This document shows, piece by piece, positions 54,980 to 62,542 of a stretch of DNA of 64,000 nucleotides. Within the stretch, counting starts at the first letter, position 1, and the number at the start of each line of letters is the position of its first letter. Source of the DNA: Candidatus Iainarchaeum sp. (GTDB taxonomy: Archaea; B1Sed10-29; WALL01); the NCBI GenBank assembly GCA_016939415.1, contig JAFGGZ010000032.1, forward strand, positions 1,815 to 65,814, written 5' to 3'. A model generated the notes under the pieces. That model was not told where the DNA came from. It made no database searches and saw only the letters and a program-made list of their open reading frames with translations. A program made the translations under genes and the position numbers.

Positions 54980-55588
54980 ATGGCTAAATTGGGTGTCCAG
55001 CAGGGGTCCGAGCTCGTCCGCCTCGCCCGTCGCGCTATCGAGGACGCGTTCGCCGGCAGTGAGACCCGCGTTCCTGCAGGAGCCTGGCTGCGCGAGAAGC
55101 GCGGTGTGTTCTGCACGCTTAAGAGCCATCCACTGGATGTGTTGCGCGGCTGCATCGGCGTCCCTGAGCCGCTTATGCCTTTGGGTGAGGCTGTTGTCGA
55201 GGCTGCGACTTCCTCTGCGTTCGGAGACCCTCGTTTCAAGCATCTTTCAAAAGAAGAGCTTGGGAGGACTGTCGTGGAACTCACTGTTCTCTCAAAGCCC
55301 GAGGAGCTGGAATGCCCGAAGGACGAGATGCCCAGCCGCATCGCGATCGGCAGGCACGGTCTGATAGTGCGCCGGGGTATGAACTCCGGGCTGCTGCTGC
55401 CGCAGGTGCCTCTCGAGAACGGCCCCTGGTCTTCTGTGGAGTTCTTGGAGGCTACGTGCTGGAAAGCAGGTCTGGCGCCGCAGGCGTGGAAGGAGGAGGC
55501 GACGAGGGTCTACGTGTTCGAGGGCCAGATATTCTCTGAAAAAGAGCCTGGCGGCGGGGTGGAGGAGAAGACGTTCGCGGGGTCATAG
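54980..55588 (+). CDS. AMMECR1-domain protein
   Basis: The matching pattern elements are GVFCTLK, LRGCIG, DPRF, GLLLPQVP and the C-terminal W..V.VFEGQIF. Together they fit the conserved AMMECR1 domain. Confidence 0.85.
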   Translation: MAKLGVQQGSELVRLARRAIEDAFAGSETRVPAGAWLREKRGVFCTLKSHPLDVLRGCIGVPEPLMPLGEAVVEAATSSAFGDPRFKHLSKEELGRTVVELTVLSKPEELECPKDEMPSRIAIGRHGLIVRRGMNSGLLLPQVPLENGPWSSVEFLEATCWKAGLAPQAWKEEATRVYVFEGQIFSEKEPGGGVEEKTFAGS

Positions 55589-55798
55589 TTTCTTTTCGAG
55601 TTCTTTTTGCTTGGCTTTCATCCTGAATACGAGGACAAGGATCACTGCCAAGACCAGCATGTACGCAACCCAGATCGCCGAGAACGCTTCCACGCCGTAC
55701 CAGAGCAGGATGGGATAAATCCACGAGATGAGCACCAAGGCTTGTATGGTGGTTTCGAAGGCGCACACCTGCTTCTTGTATGCTTCTATTCCTTTCAT
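55583..55798 (-). CDS. small hypothetical membrane protein (71 aa)
   Basis: Start set at MKGIEAYKK, forming an ATGA overlap with the upstream Cys-rich ORF stop. Two TM helices are present. The ATG-defined ORF extends to 55924. Confidence 0.35.
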   Translation of the reverse strand: MKGIEAYKKQVCAFETTIQALVLISWIYPILLWYGVEAFSAIWVAYMLVLAVILVLVFRMKAKQKELEKKL

Positions 55799-56085
55799 GC
55801 CAACGCATCCACGCACGCGTAGTCCACGCACTTCTGCGTCGGATTGCAGTGCTCGTCCAATGTGCACTCGTGCTCTGTGCATACATGGTTGACGACTATC
55901 CCCTCGCACTCTATTCCTACGCACTCGCCGTCGGTAAGCAGCTCGTCTTCAGCGCATTGCAGCACTGCTCCTCCCCCGAGCTTGGGTAGCATGAAGACCG
56001 CGCTCGCGATTACGAACGATGCCACGAACAGCAGCAGGGCTTTCTGCCAGAATGCAAGGTTCTTGAATGCCTGAACCAATCCCAT
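55795..56085 (-). CDS. small secreted cysteine-rich acidic protein (96 aa, 8 Cys)
   Basis: The signal or TM segment is LLLFVASFVIASAVFMLP. The C-terminal half contains eight Cys residues in a D/E-rich background. It is translationally coupled to the downstream membrane protein. Confidence 0.4.
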   Translation of the reverse strand: MGLVQAFKNLAFWQKALLLFVASFVIASAVFMLPKLGGGAVLQCAEDELLTDGECVGIECEGIVVNHVCTEHECTLDEHCNPTQKCVDYACVDALA

Positions 56086-56295
56086 GCGCGGAACAACTCA
56101 TGGGTTGTATAAAAGGCTTACATCATGGACTTTGCGAGCTTCCTGGCTTTCTTCAAGCACTTTCTGTGGAACCATTGCCCGCCGAATTTCTTTTCTGCCC
56201 CCGGCTGGCCGCAGACAGAGCATGCTTCACCCGCACTTTCCTGCATGCCTGTGATTAAGAAAGGCTTTTTATTATCCTTTCTTCCTTACTGTCTT

Positions 56296-56757
56296 ATGGA
56301 GAGAGCGATATTCATCGGTAGGTTCCAGCCCCTGCACAAGGGGCATCTGCATGCATTGAGCGAGCTTGGCAAGCACTGGGATGTCACGATCATTGTCGGC
56401 AGCTCGGAATCCCGCAGGACTGCAGAGAACCCTCTCTCCTTCGAAGAGCGGAAAGTCATGATCCGCACAGTGACTGCTGCAGAGGTTATCGGAGTGCCGG
56501 ATGTGTTCAACGCAGAGCGGTGGGCGCAGAGCATCAGGAGCATGATCGATTTCAGCGTCGTCGTGTCCGGCAACGCGTGGACGCGCGCATGCTTCAAGGA
56601 CTGCACTGTGATCGACCCGCCGTTCCTCGAGCCGGAAACGTATAACTCGTCGCGCATCCGCGGCCTCGTCCGGCGGGGCGAGCCGTGGGAGCACTTGGTG
56701 CCTGCGGAGGTTGCGCAGTACCTGCAGTCCAATGACCTGCTGAGGTGGTTCAGATGA
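56296..56757 (+). CDS. nadM: nicotinamide-nucleotide adenylyltransferase (archaeal NMNAT)
   Basis: The nucleotidyltransferase HxGH motif is AIFIGRFQPLHKGHL. Downstream are SGN, SSRIR and GEPWEHLVP. These closely parallel the Methanocaldococcus NMNAT sequence. 153 aa from the MERAIF start; the ATG-defined ORF opens at 56125. Confidence 0.88.
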   Translation: MERAIFIGRFQPLHKGHLHALSELGKHWDVTIIVGSSESRRTAENPLSFEERKVMIRTVTAAEVIGVPDVFNAERWAQSIRSMIDFSVVVSGNAWTRACFKDCTVIDPPFLEPETYNSSRIRGLVRRGEPWEHLVPAEVAQYLQSNDLLRWFR

Positions 56758-57587
56758 ATGCCGACGACGAGATACGACGGCTTCTCGACATCGCTCTGGA
56801 GAACGACATCGGCCCAGGCGACGTGACTGCAGCGCGCATTATCGGCAGGGACCAGCGTGTGACCGCAGTGTTCGTCACGCGTTCCGCAGGCGTCGTCGCT
56901 GGCATCGACGAAGTGGAGTACATGGCTGAAAAGCTCGGCCTTGGGTTCAGGGCGCTGAAGAGGGATGGCGGGGACATGGGGTCCGGCGACGAGCTGGCTG
57001 TAGTGGAGGGCAGGGCTTATGACGTGCTTTGCGCGGAGCGCACTGCCTTGAACGTGCTGGCGAGGATGAGCGCCATCGCTTCCGAGACCAGGGATTGGTG
57101 CTCGCACGGAGTGCCTGTTGCTGCGACGCGCAAGACGCCTCCAGGATGCCTCTTCCTGGACAAGAAGGCGGTGCGCATCGGCGGTGGCCTGACGCACCGG
57201 ATGGCCTTGTGGGATAAGACGCTGGTGAAGGACACGCACTTGGAGTGCCTGAGGACGAGGGGGCTGTCTCACCACGAGGCGTTTCAGGACGCTGTCACGC
57301 GGGGTGAGCGGCCGGTGGAAGTCGAGGTGGAGTCCGAAGATGACGCGCTCTTCGTCGCGGGCCTGGGCGCGGATATAATCATGCTCGACAACTTCTCTCC
57401 GGAGAAGGCGAAGGCGATCATACCGAAACTGCGTTCCATAAGCCCTTGCGTTCGCGTGGAGTTGTCCGGCGGCATCACGCGCGACAACATACGGGAGTAC
57501 GCTGCTTGCGGAGCCGACTTTGTTTCGTCGAGCGCCATCACTGCTGCGGTAGTGCCTTTGGACATGACCATGCGCGTTCAGGAGTAG
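56754..57587 (+). CDS. nadC: nicotinate-nucleotide pyrophosphorylase (quinolinate phosphoribosyltransferase)
   Basis: A QAPRTase N-terminal domain is followed by a C-terminal TIM barrel (RKTPPG, IIMLDNFSPE, ELSGGIT). The start forms an ATGA overlap with the nadM stop. Confidence 0.85.
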   Translation: MNADDEIRRLLDIALENDIGPGDVTAARIIGRDQRVTAVFVTRSAGVVAGIDEVEYMAEKLGLGFRALKRDGGDMGSGDELAVVEGRAYDVLCAERTALNVLARMSAIASETRDWCSHGVPVAATRKTPPGCLFLDKKAVRIGGGLTHRMALWDKTLVKDTHLECLRTRGLSHHEAFQDAVTRGERPVEVEVESEDDALFVAGLGADIIMLDNFSPEKAKAIIPKLRSISPCVRVELSGGITRDNIREYAACGADFVSSSAITAAVVPLDMTMRVQE

Positions 57588-58291
57588 AGTCTTGCAACGC
57601 TTCTCCCCGATGGCGTTATCGACACTTCCTTCTTCTTTCCCCTGCGCTTGTACTCCACGTAACCGAATTCAGCCAGTCTATCGATCTTGCGCGATATGCT
57701 CAACAGCTCTGATTTCGTGGTCTCTCTATTCAGGGATTTCAGCAGTTGGGACAGGGATTCCACGCTGCCGGAATCACTGATCTTGGAAAGCGATTCCCAG
57801 TCCAGTTCCTCGAGTTGTATGGGCAGTGGGGGTATGAACACCGGTTCTTTCGCTATGGCTGCTATCTCCTGGTCTCCGGCATTCAGGTACTCGGCGGCCT
57901 TGCAGTATGTCACCGGCGCGTGGTTCACTTGGCACGCGAGGAATAGTGCTGTTGCCACGGTCTTGTTGCCTGAGGATATGTCCGCGAACACTTCGTGGCC
58001 GTTCGCCTTCTCCCCGAATATTGTCTTGCTTATCGCGGCGAACGCTGCGGGCACATCAAAGAAGTCTACGTGGATTTCTGTCACTTCGAAGACGAAGGGG
58101 TATGGGTTGAATCCGCTTTTTTTCGTGAGGGCCTGTTTTATGCGCTGGACGTGCTTTTCCACGTCCCTCTCCAGTTTTTTCGAGACTTCGTTGGTGTTCC
58201 GGATGATGATGACCTTGTTTGGCGCGTTGATGGACACGGCTGCGAGCGTGCGGTTCGTCTCCAGTCCCTGTGCCACTATGAGCGTTCTCAT
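57578..58291 (-). CDS. Csa3-like/HFX_2341-like transcriptional regulator: CARF-like Rossmann N-domain plus C-terminal winged helix
   Basis: Start set at MRTLIVAQGLETNRTL. The N-domain reads VIIIRN...VTEIHVDFFDVPAAFAAISKTIFGEKANGHEVFADISSGNKTVATALFLAC, a beta-strand, helix and Gly/Ser-loop pattern like CARF or DUF6293. The C-terminus LAEFGYVEYKRRGKKKEVSITPSGRSVARL is a wHTH. The ATG-defined ORF extends to 58507. Confidence 0.5.
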   Translation of the reverse strand: MRTLIVAQGLETNRTLAAVSINAPNKVIIIRNTNEVSKKLERDVEKHVQRIKQALTKKSGFNPYPFVFEVTEIHVDFFDVPAAFAAISKTIFGEKANGHEVFADISSGNKTVATALFLACQVNHAPVTYCKAAEYLNAGDQEIAAIAKEPVFIPPLPIQLEELDWESLSKISDSGSVESLSQLLKSLNRETTKSELLSISRKIDRLAEFGYVEYKRRGKKKEVSITPSGRSVARLYS

Positions 58292-58809
58292 GCCTTCAGC
58301 TCCTTCTTCATGATCCTGAGGAACTCTTTCGAGTACAACACCCTTTCCCGCGACAGCTTCTTTCCTTCTTTGGTGAGCAGCTGGCGGTTCGCGTTGCTCA
58401 GCGCTATCGCTCTCGTGTCTTCCATTGATGTGTCTTTTGCGCCTGCCATGATGAACGCCCGTGCAATGCCGACTGCGCCGAGTGCGTCGATGAGGTTTGC
58501 GTCCCATGCCAGTCTCTCTTCAGTGGTCTTGGGTTCTGTTCGCGAGCGCTCTACTGACTCGAACACTTCAGCGACCTGGATTTCCGAGAATCCGTGCTGT
58601 CTGAGGAAGAACCATATCTCTTTCCTGTAGCGCTTCGTCCGGCCGTGGAAGTACACTGTGAGCAGCATCAGCTCTTTGTTCACGTCCTTCTCGCTGCTCA
58701 ATTCCTTCACGGTCTTGAGCATGCGCTGTATGTGGGAGTAGTTGTGCGCCTTGTCCCTCGCGTCGTAGAGGGGCTTGACGAACCGCTCCACTACCCTCAT
58801 GTCTATCAT
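58288..58809 (-). CDS. HD-domain phosphohydrolase
   Basis: Start set at MIDMRVV. The HD motif reads AHNYSHIQRM ... H...D, within a helical HD fold. The stop forms an ATGA overlap with the downstream regulator start. Confidence 0.55.
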   Translation of the reverse strand: MIDMRVVERFVKPLYDARDKAHNYSHIQRMLKTVKELSSEKDVNKELMLLTVYFHGRTKRYRKEIWFFLRQHGFSEIQVAEVFESVERSRTEPKTTEERLAWDANLIDALGAVGIARAFIMAGAKDTSMEDTRAIALSNANRQLLTKEGKKLSRERVLYSKEFLRIMKKELKA

Positions 58810-58946
58810 CACACCACCGTGCTTGCATAAGCGCTCGCCGTATTTAATGGTAGCGCTGGGTACGGTAAGTAACACGAGAGATTTACTGTCGTGTTCTGTC
58901 TTCTGCTCGCGTCAAAAACCCTTTTATTCCCCGGCCTGCAAAGCCT

Positions 58947-60251
58947 TTGCACGGTGATTACATCCGCATCACGTTCTTCGAGTTCAACCACGGTCCGGAG
59001 CGCATGCGCGCTGTAGAGGAAGCTCTTTCCGCGCCTGTTTCTGAGCCCGCGCTCAGGCAGCTCCTGGATCATTCCTCCGCTCACTTTGTTGTTGAGCAGG
59101 TTTCCCGCCTGGGTTCCGACCTGATCACAGAGGGCAGGGACAGTTACTCGCACCAGTCCCAGCGCTACGTAACGTTCAGGGAGGGCATGAACGATTACTT
59201 CACCCCGGAGTCTATCAGGGCCGCAGGCTTGCAGAAGGGTTATGACGCGCTCATGCAAGGGCTTTTCGAGGCGTACTCCTTCCTTGTTGGGAGAGGCATC
59301 CCTGCTGAGGACGCGCGTTTCGTGTTCGCGCTGTCCTTCAACTCCCACATCAGCGTCACTGTCCAGGGGCGGAAGCTCGTCGACTTCTTCGCGTTCTGCC
59401 TTCACTCCGACTACGGGGAGCTGCGCGCTGTCGGCGAGGCTGTCTTGACCGAGTTCGGGAAGCTGTTCCCGAACACTGCTCGGGCGCTATCTTGTGTTGC
59501 AGGCAACCATCCTCGTCCAGAGGAAAAGGAGCTCGTGTCGCGCGTCAACGCTTCTGGGTTCAATCTCGATGGTGTGACTCTCCTGAATCACACGCTGGAT
59601 CCTGTGTCGCGCTCTGCGATGGGCGCTTCGATCTGCTACAAGTCCGGCGCGCCGTCCGAGTACATGTCCAGCTTCGACAAGGATAAGCAGGAGAAGCTGA
59701 TCCGTCAGGTCGTGTCGATGGGTCATCACTCTGTGATAGAGCATTCCTCGTTCACATTCGGTTTTCCGATGAGCAGGGTGACGTACCAGCAACTGCGCAG
59801 GCATCGCTTGCCGGCCCGCTCTCACACTGACCTGGCTTCTGTGGGCGCTGGCTTCGAGTACGTGACGCCGCCGAGCATCGCTGCATGCAGGGAGTGCGCG
59901 CAGAGGTTTTCGGAGGCCATGGATGCCATCATTACCTTTCGGGAGGCGGCTTCTGGATCTGTGCCTGCGGTGGATCTGGGTTACGTTCTGCCGAACGCCG
60001 TGCAGATAGATGTCTTGCTGACGTCGAATGCACGGGACTTGATGCACATCCTGAACAAGCGGCTGTGCCAGCGCGCGCAGTGGGAGATCCGTGCCGTGGC
60101 TTATGGTATCGCAGAGCATTTGATTCGTCGCTGGCCAGTGCTCTTCGATGGGTTGGGTCCGGACTGCTTTGTGTCTCACTGCAGGGAGGGGAAGATGAGC
60201 TGCAGCCACCCTGAGGTCTACCGCGATTGGAGGGAGTCCCTCAACCGATGA
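58947..60251 (+). CDS. thyX: FAD-dependent thymidylate synthase ThyX, tandemly duplicated (434 aa)
   Basis: The C-terminal half carries the canonical ThyX motifs MGHHSVIEHSSFTF and QQLRRHR. The N-terminal half is a degenerate copy, HSSAHFVVEQVSRLGSDLITEGRDSYSHQSQRYVTF. The SQRY motif is retained, but RHR is replaced by EGR. Confidence 0.7.
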   Translation: MHGDYIRITFFEFNHGPERMRAVEEALSAPVSEPALRQLLDHSSAHFVVEQVSRLGSDLITEGRDSYSHQSQRYVTFREGMNDYFTPESIRAAGLQKGYDALMQGLFEAYSFLVGRGIPAEDARFVFALSFNSHISVTVQGRKLVDFFAFCLHSDYGELRAVGEAVLTEFGKLFPNTARALSCVAGNHPRPEEKELVSRVNASGFNLDGVTLLNHTLDPVSRSAMGASICYKSGAPSEYMSSFDKDKQEKLIRQVVSMGHHSVIEHSSFTFGFPMSRVTYQQLRRHRLPARSHTDLASVGAGFEYVTPPSIAACRECAQRFSEAMDAIITFREAASGSVPAVDLGYVLPNAVQIDVLLTSNARDLMHILNKRLCQRAQWEIRAVAYGIAEHLIRRWPVLFDGLGPDCFVSHCREGKMSCSHPEVYRDWRESLNR

Positions 60252-61158
60252 GCGCGGGCTTCGCGTGATTGGTGAGCAGCACGACGCGGCTCTGCTCCGA
60301 CTCGTTCACGACGTCGTAGCCGCGCAAGTGCTGGGTGATGCTTTCGGCGAACGCCTTCACTTCCGCGTGCCTCGGCATGTTCTCTATGCGCAGGCGCTCC
60401 CTGCTCGCGCCGACGAGCATGTATGCCTTGACTTCTATGAAGTCGGCTCCGCTCTTCTCCAGCAGTTTTGCGTAGGCTTCTGGCTCGGTGTCGTTCCAAC
60501 CCTTCACGAGCGTTATCCTGATGCATGTCCTCGTGTCCAGTGAAGGCAGCAGCTCCAGCGTCTTGTTCAGTCGTTCCCACGAGTCTTTCCAGAGCGGCAC
60601 GTTCAGCCGCTTGTGCGCTGCTTCGTTGGGCGCGTCGAGTGATACGTACAGTTGCGTGGGCATCGTCATTTTTTCGAGGGCTTCCGGCAGGAGTCCGTTC
60701 GTGACGAGGAAGGTGGTGAAGTCTCGCTTGTGGAATGCTTGAATGAGTTCGCTTATTTTTGGGTAGGTGGTCGGCTCTCCTGCGAGGCTGATGGCTACTT
60801 GGTTCGGGTTCATTGCTTCGTCGAGTTTTTTCTTGTCCGCGTTCGGGTTGCCGTAATATCCTTCGAGGAGTTTCCTTTGCGCGTCTATGGATCCGTTTAT
60901 GATGTCTTCCGGCTCGTCCCATTCTTCCGGCATTGCCTGTTCGTACTTGTACGGTCTCCAGCAGAAGAGGCATCTTTGCATGCAGTAGATGCTCGGTGTC
61001 ATCTGCATGCATCTGTGGGATTGTATGCCGTAGAACTTTTGCTTGTAGCATGTGCGCCCTTCTGCGAGCGAGGCCTTGCACCAGTGGCAGGTTTTTACTG
61101 CGCTGTGCCTGCCGACTATCCTGTATCCCATCTTCTTGAGTTCGTCTGCGTATTCCAT
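60241..61158 (-). CDS. taw1: tRNA 4-demethylwyosine synthase Taw1/TYW1 (radical SAM)
   Basis: The radical-SAM cluster is CMQMTPSIYCMQRCLFCWR, a CxxxCxxC arrangement with the Taw1-specific FCWR. The additional N-terminal Cys motif is CHWCK...C. 305 aa. Confidence 0.85.
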   Translation of the reverse strand: MEYADELKKMGYRIVGRHSAVKTCHWCKASLAEGRTCYKQKFYGIQSHRCMQMTPSIYCMQRCLFCWRPYKYEQAMPEEWDEPEDIINGSIDAQRKLLEGYYGNPNADKKKLDEAMNPNQVAISLAGEPTTYPKISELIQAFHKRDFTTFLVTNGLLPEALEKMTMPTQLYVSLDAPNEAAHKRLNVPLWKDSWERLNKTLELLPSLDTRTCIRITLVKGWNDTEPEAYAKLLEKSGADFIEVKAYMLVGASRERLRIENMPRHAEVKAFAESITQHLRGYDVVNESEQSRVVLLTNHAKPALIG

Positions 61159-61187
61159 GCATCTGTCTCCTGCAGTGGTGCAAGGGC

Positions 61188-61889
61188 TTATCTCATGCGG
61201 GTGATGCCGCGTTTCGCGAGGTTCTGCGGTGCTATGCCCGGCAGGTGGAAGAGTGTCTGCTTGGCGTTCCTGCCGTCCTTTGTTCTTGCCATCACTCGCT
61301 TGTGTGATACGAGGCCTTGACTTTCCAGTTCACTGAGTTTGTAACGCAGGCGATCGAGGGGCAGGGGTTTCATGCCTTTGGCTTCCCGCATGTCGTTGAT
61401 CATGATCGCGAGGTTTGTCGCGAGCTCTCCTTTCCTGATTGTTTCCACGAATCTTCCGAGTTCGGGGATTGTCATCGGCGCGACTTCTCTCAGGCGCCTC
61501 ATGACGCGCACGTTGTTCTCTCCTATGTTTTCTTCGAGTGTCCTGGCGTGTTCTTCCAAGACGTCTTTGAACGCGGGGTTGATGAGGTGTATCGCGCGTA
61601 TGGAGTAGGATACTTCTCTGTCGAGCACTAGCGCGTATTTTGAGTGGAACAGGTTCTCGTACATTTTCCTCCCGAGCTGCATTTCCACCACGCTGCGCGT
61701 GCCGTGTCGCCAACTGCTCTTCGCTCCCAGCATCTCGAGGCGTTTCGCGACTTCGGTTATCGTGAATGGCTTTGGCCTGCTGTCGAATCCTCCGATGGTG
61801 TTCCGCACTTTTGTCTTGCTGATGTTGTCTAGGTTGCGGTGTATGTCTTCTGCCAGGCGATCCAGGAGTCTCTCTCTTTCTTCGTTCAT
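61188..61889 (-). CDS. hypothetical DNA-binding protein (wHTH-like C-terminus)
   Basis: 233 aa. The C-terminal stretch LRYKLSELESQGLVSHKRVMARTKDGRNAKQTLFHL resembles a winged helix. The family was not recognised. Confidence 0.35.
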   Translation of the reverse strand: MNEERERLLDRLAEDIHRNLDNISKTKVRNTIGGFDSRPKPFTITEVAKRLEMLGAKSSWRHGTRSVVEMQLGRKMYENLFHSKYALVLDREVSYSIRAIHLINPAFKDVLEEHARTLEENIGENNVRVMRRLREVAPMTIPELGRFVETIRKGELATNLAIMINDMREAKGMKPLPLDRLRYKLSELESQGLVSHKRVMARTKDGRNAKQTLFHLPGIAPQNLAKRGITRMR

Positions 61890-61993
61890 GATTTTTTTGT
61901 GTCTCTGCTGGTTAAATATCTTTTTGCAAGGTGCGAAAAGCTTTTAAATCCCAAAAACTTAGTCTATTTGCTCTGTTTGGGAGGAGTTTTTCA

Positions 61994-62257
61994 ATGGCCA
62001 CACGGAAATTCGCAATCGCAAAGCAGCTCGGAGGCAAGCGCGTCATCACTAACAAGGGTGAGGAAGTAGGCAGGCTCAGTGACATCCAGATTGACACGAA
62101 GACTGGTGACCTCGCCGTCTTCTTGGTGGAGCCAGCCGCTGACTCGAAGATCGCTGCGACCCTCCCCAAGAACGAGGAAGACTTTATCATGGTGCCGTAC
62201 AAGGCAGTTTACGCTGTCAGCGACGTCATCGTTATTGATGAAACCGCTCTCGTCTGA
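61994..62257 (+). CDS. PRC-barrel domain protein
   Basis: Start set at MATRKF. VITNKGEEVGRLSDIQIDTKTGDLAVFLVEP and VIVIDETAL match the PRC-barrel pattern. The ATG-defined ORF opens at 61931. Confidence 0.7.
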   Translation: MATRKFAIAKQLGGKRVITNKGEEVGRLSDIQIDTKTGDLAVFLVEPAADSKIAATLPKNEEDFIMVPYKAVYAVSDVIVIDETALV

Positions 62258-62279
62258 GAGCCCCTCATTATTTTTTTAA
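62258..62279 (+). terminator. oligo-T terminator-like tract
   Basis: gagcccctcattaTTTTTTTaag lies directly after the stop codon. Confidence 0.35.
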
Positions 62280-62293
62280 GCAGAGCTGCGGCT

Positions 62294-62425
62294 CTATGTT
62301 CCTCTGTTGTAGTCTATGAGGAGCTGGAAGAATTCGGTTGGGTACGTACGGGTCATCTTGCTCGCTTCGAACAGCGATATCTCCCCGTTCTTGTATCTGT
62401 TGATGGCTAACTCTATCTTGTTCAT
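62294..62425 (-). CDS. 43-aa mini-ORF resembling the C-terminal HTH of UPF0175-type antitoxin-like proteins
   Basis: Manually translated as MNKIELAINRYKNGEISLFEASKMTRTYPTEFFQLLIDYNRGT. Compare the UPF0175 signature LYxxGKISLGKAAELAGMSRxEFxxLL. It is below the ORF-track size cutoff and may be a remnant. Confidence 0.35.
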   Translation of the reverse strand: MNKIELAINRYKNGEISLFEASKMTRTYPTEFFQLLIDYNRGT

Positions 62426-62542
62426 TCTCACACCTCGCAAAAATAAAACACCCTTTGCCCCAGGGGGCCCTAATCGTTACGATGCCGTTCTATAAAAGGA
62501 TTTCGTCAATTTTACGTAAGCTGACGAATGCTTTTTGCACTC

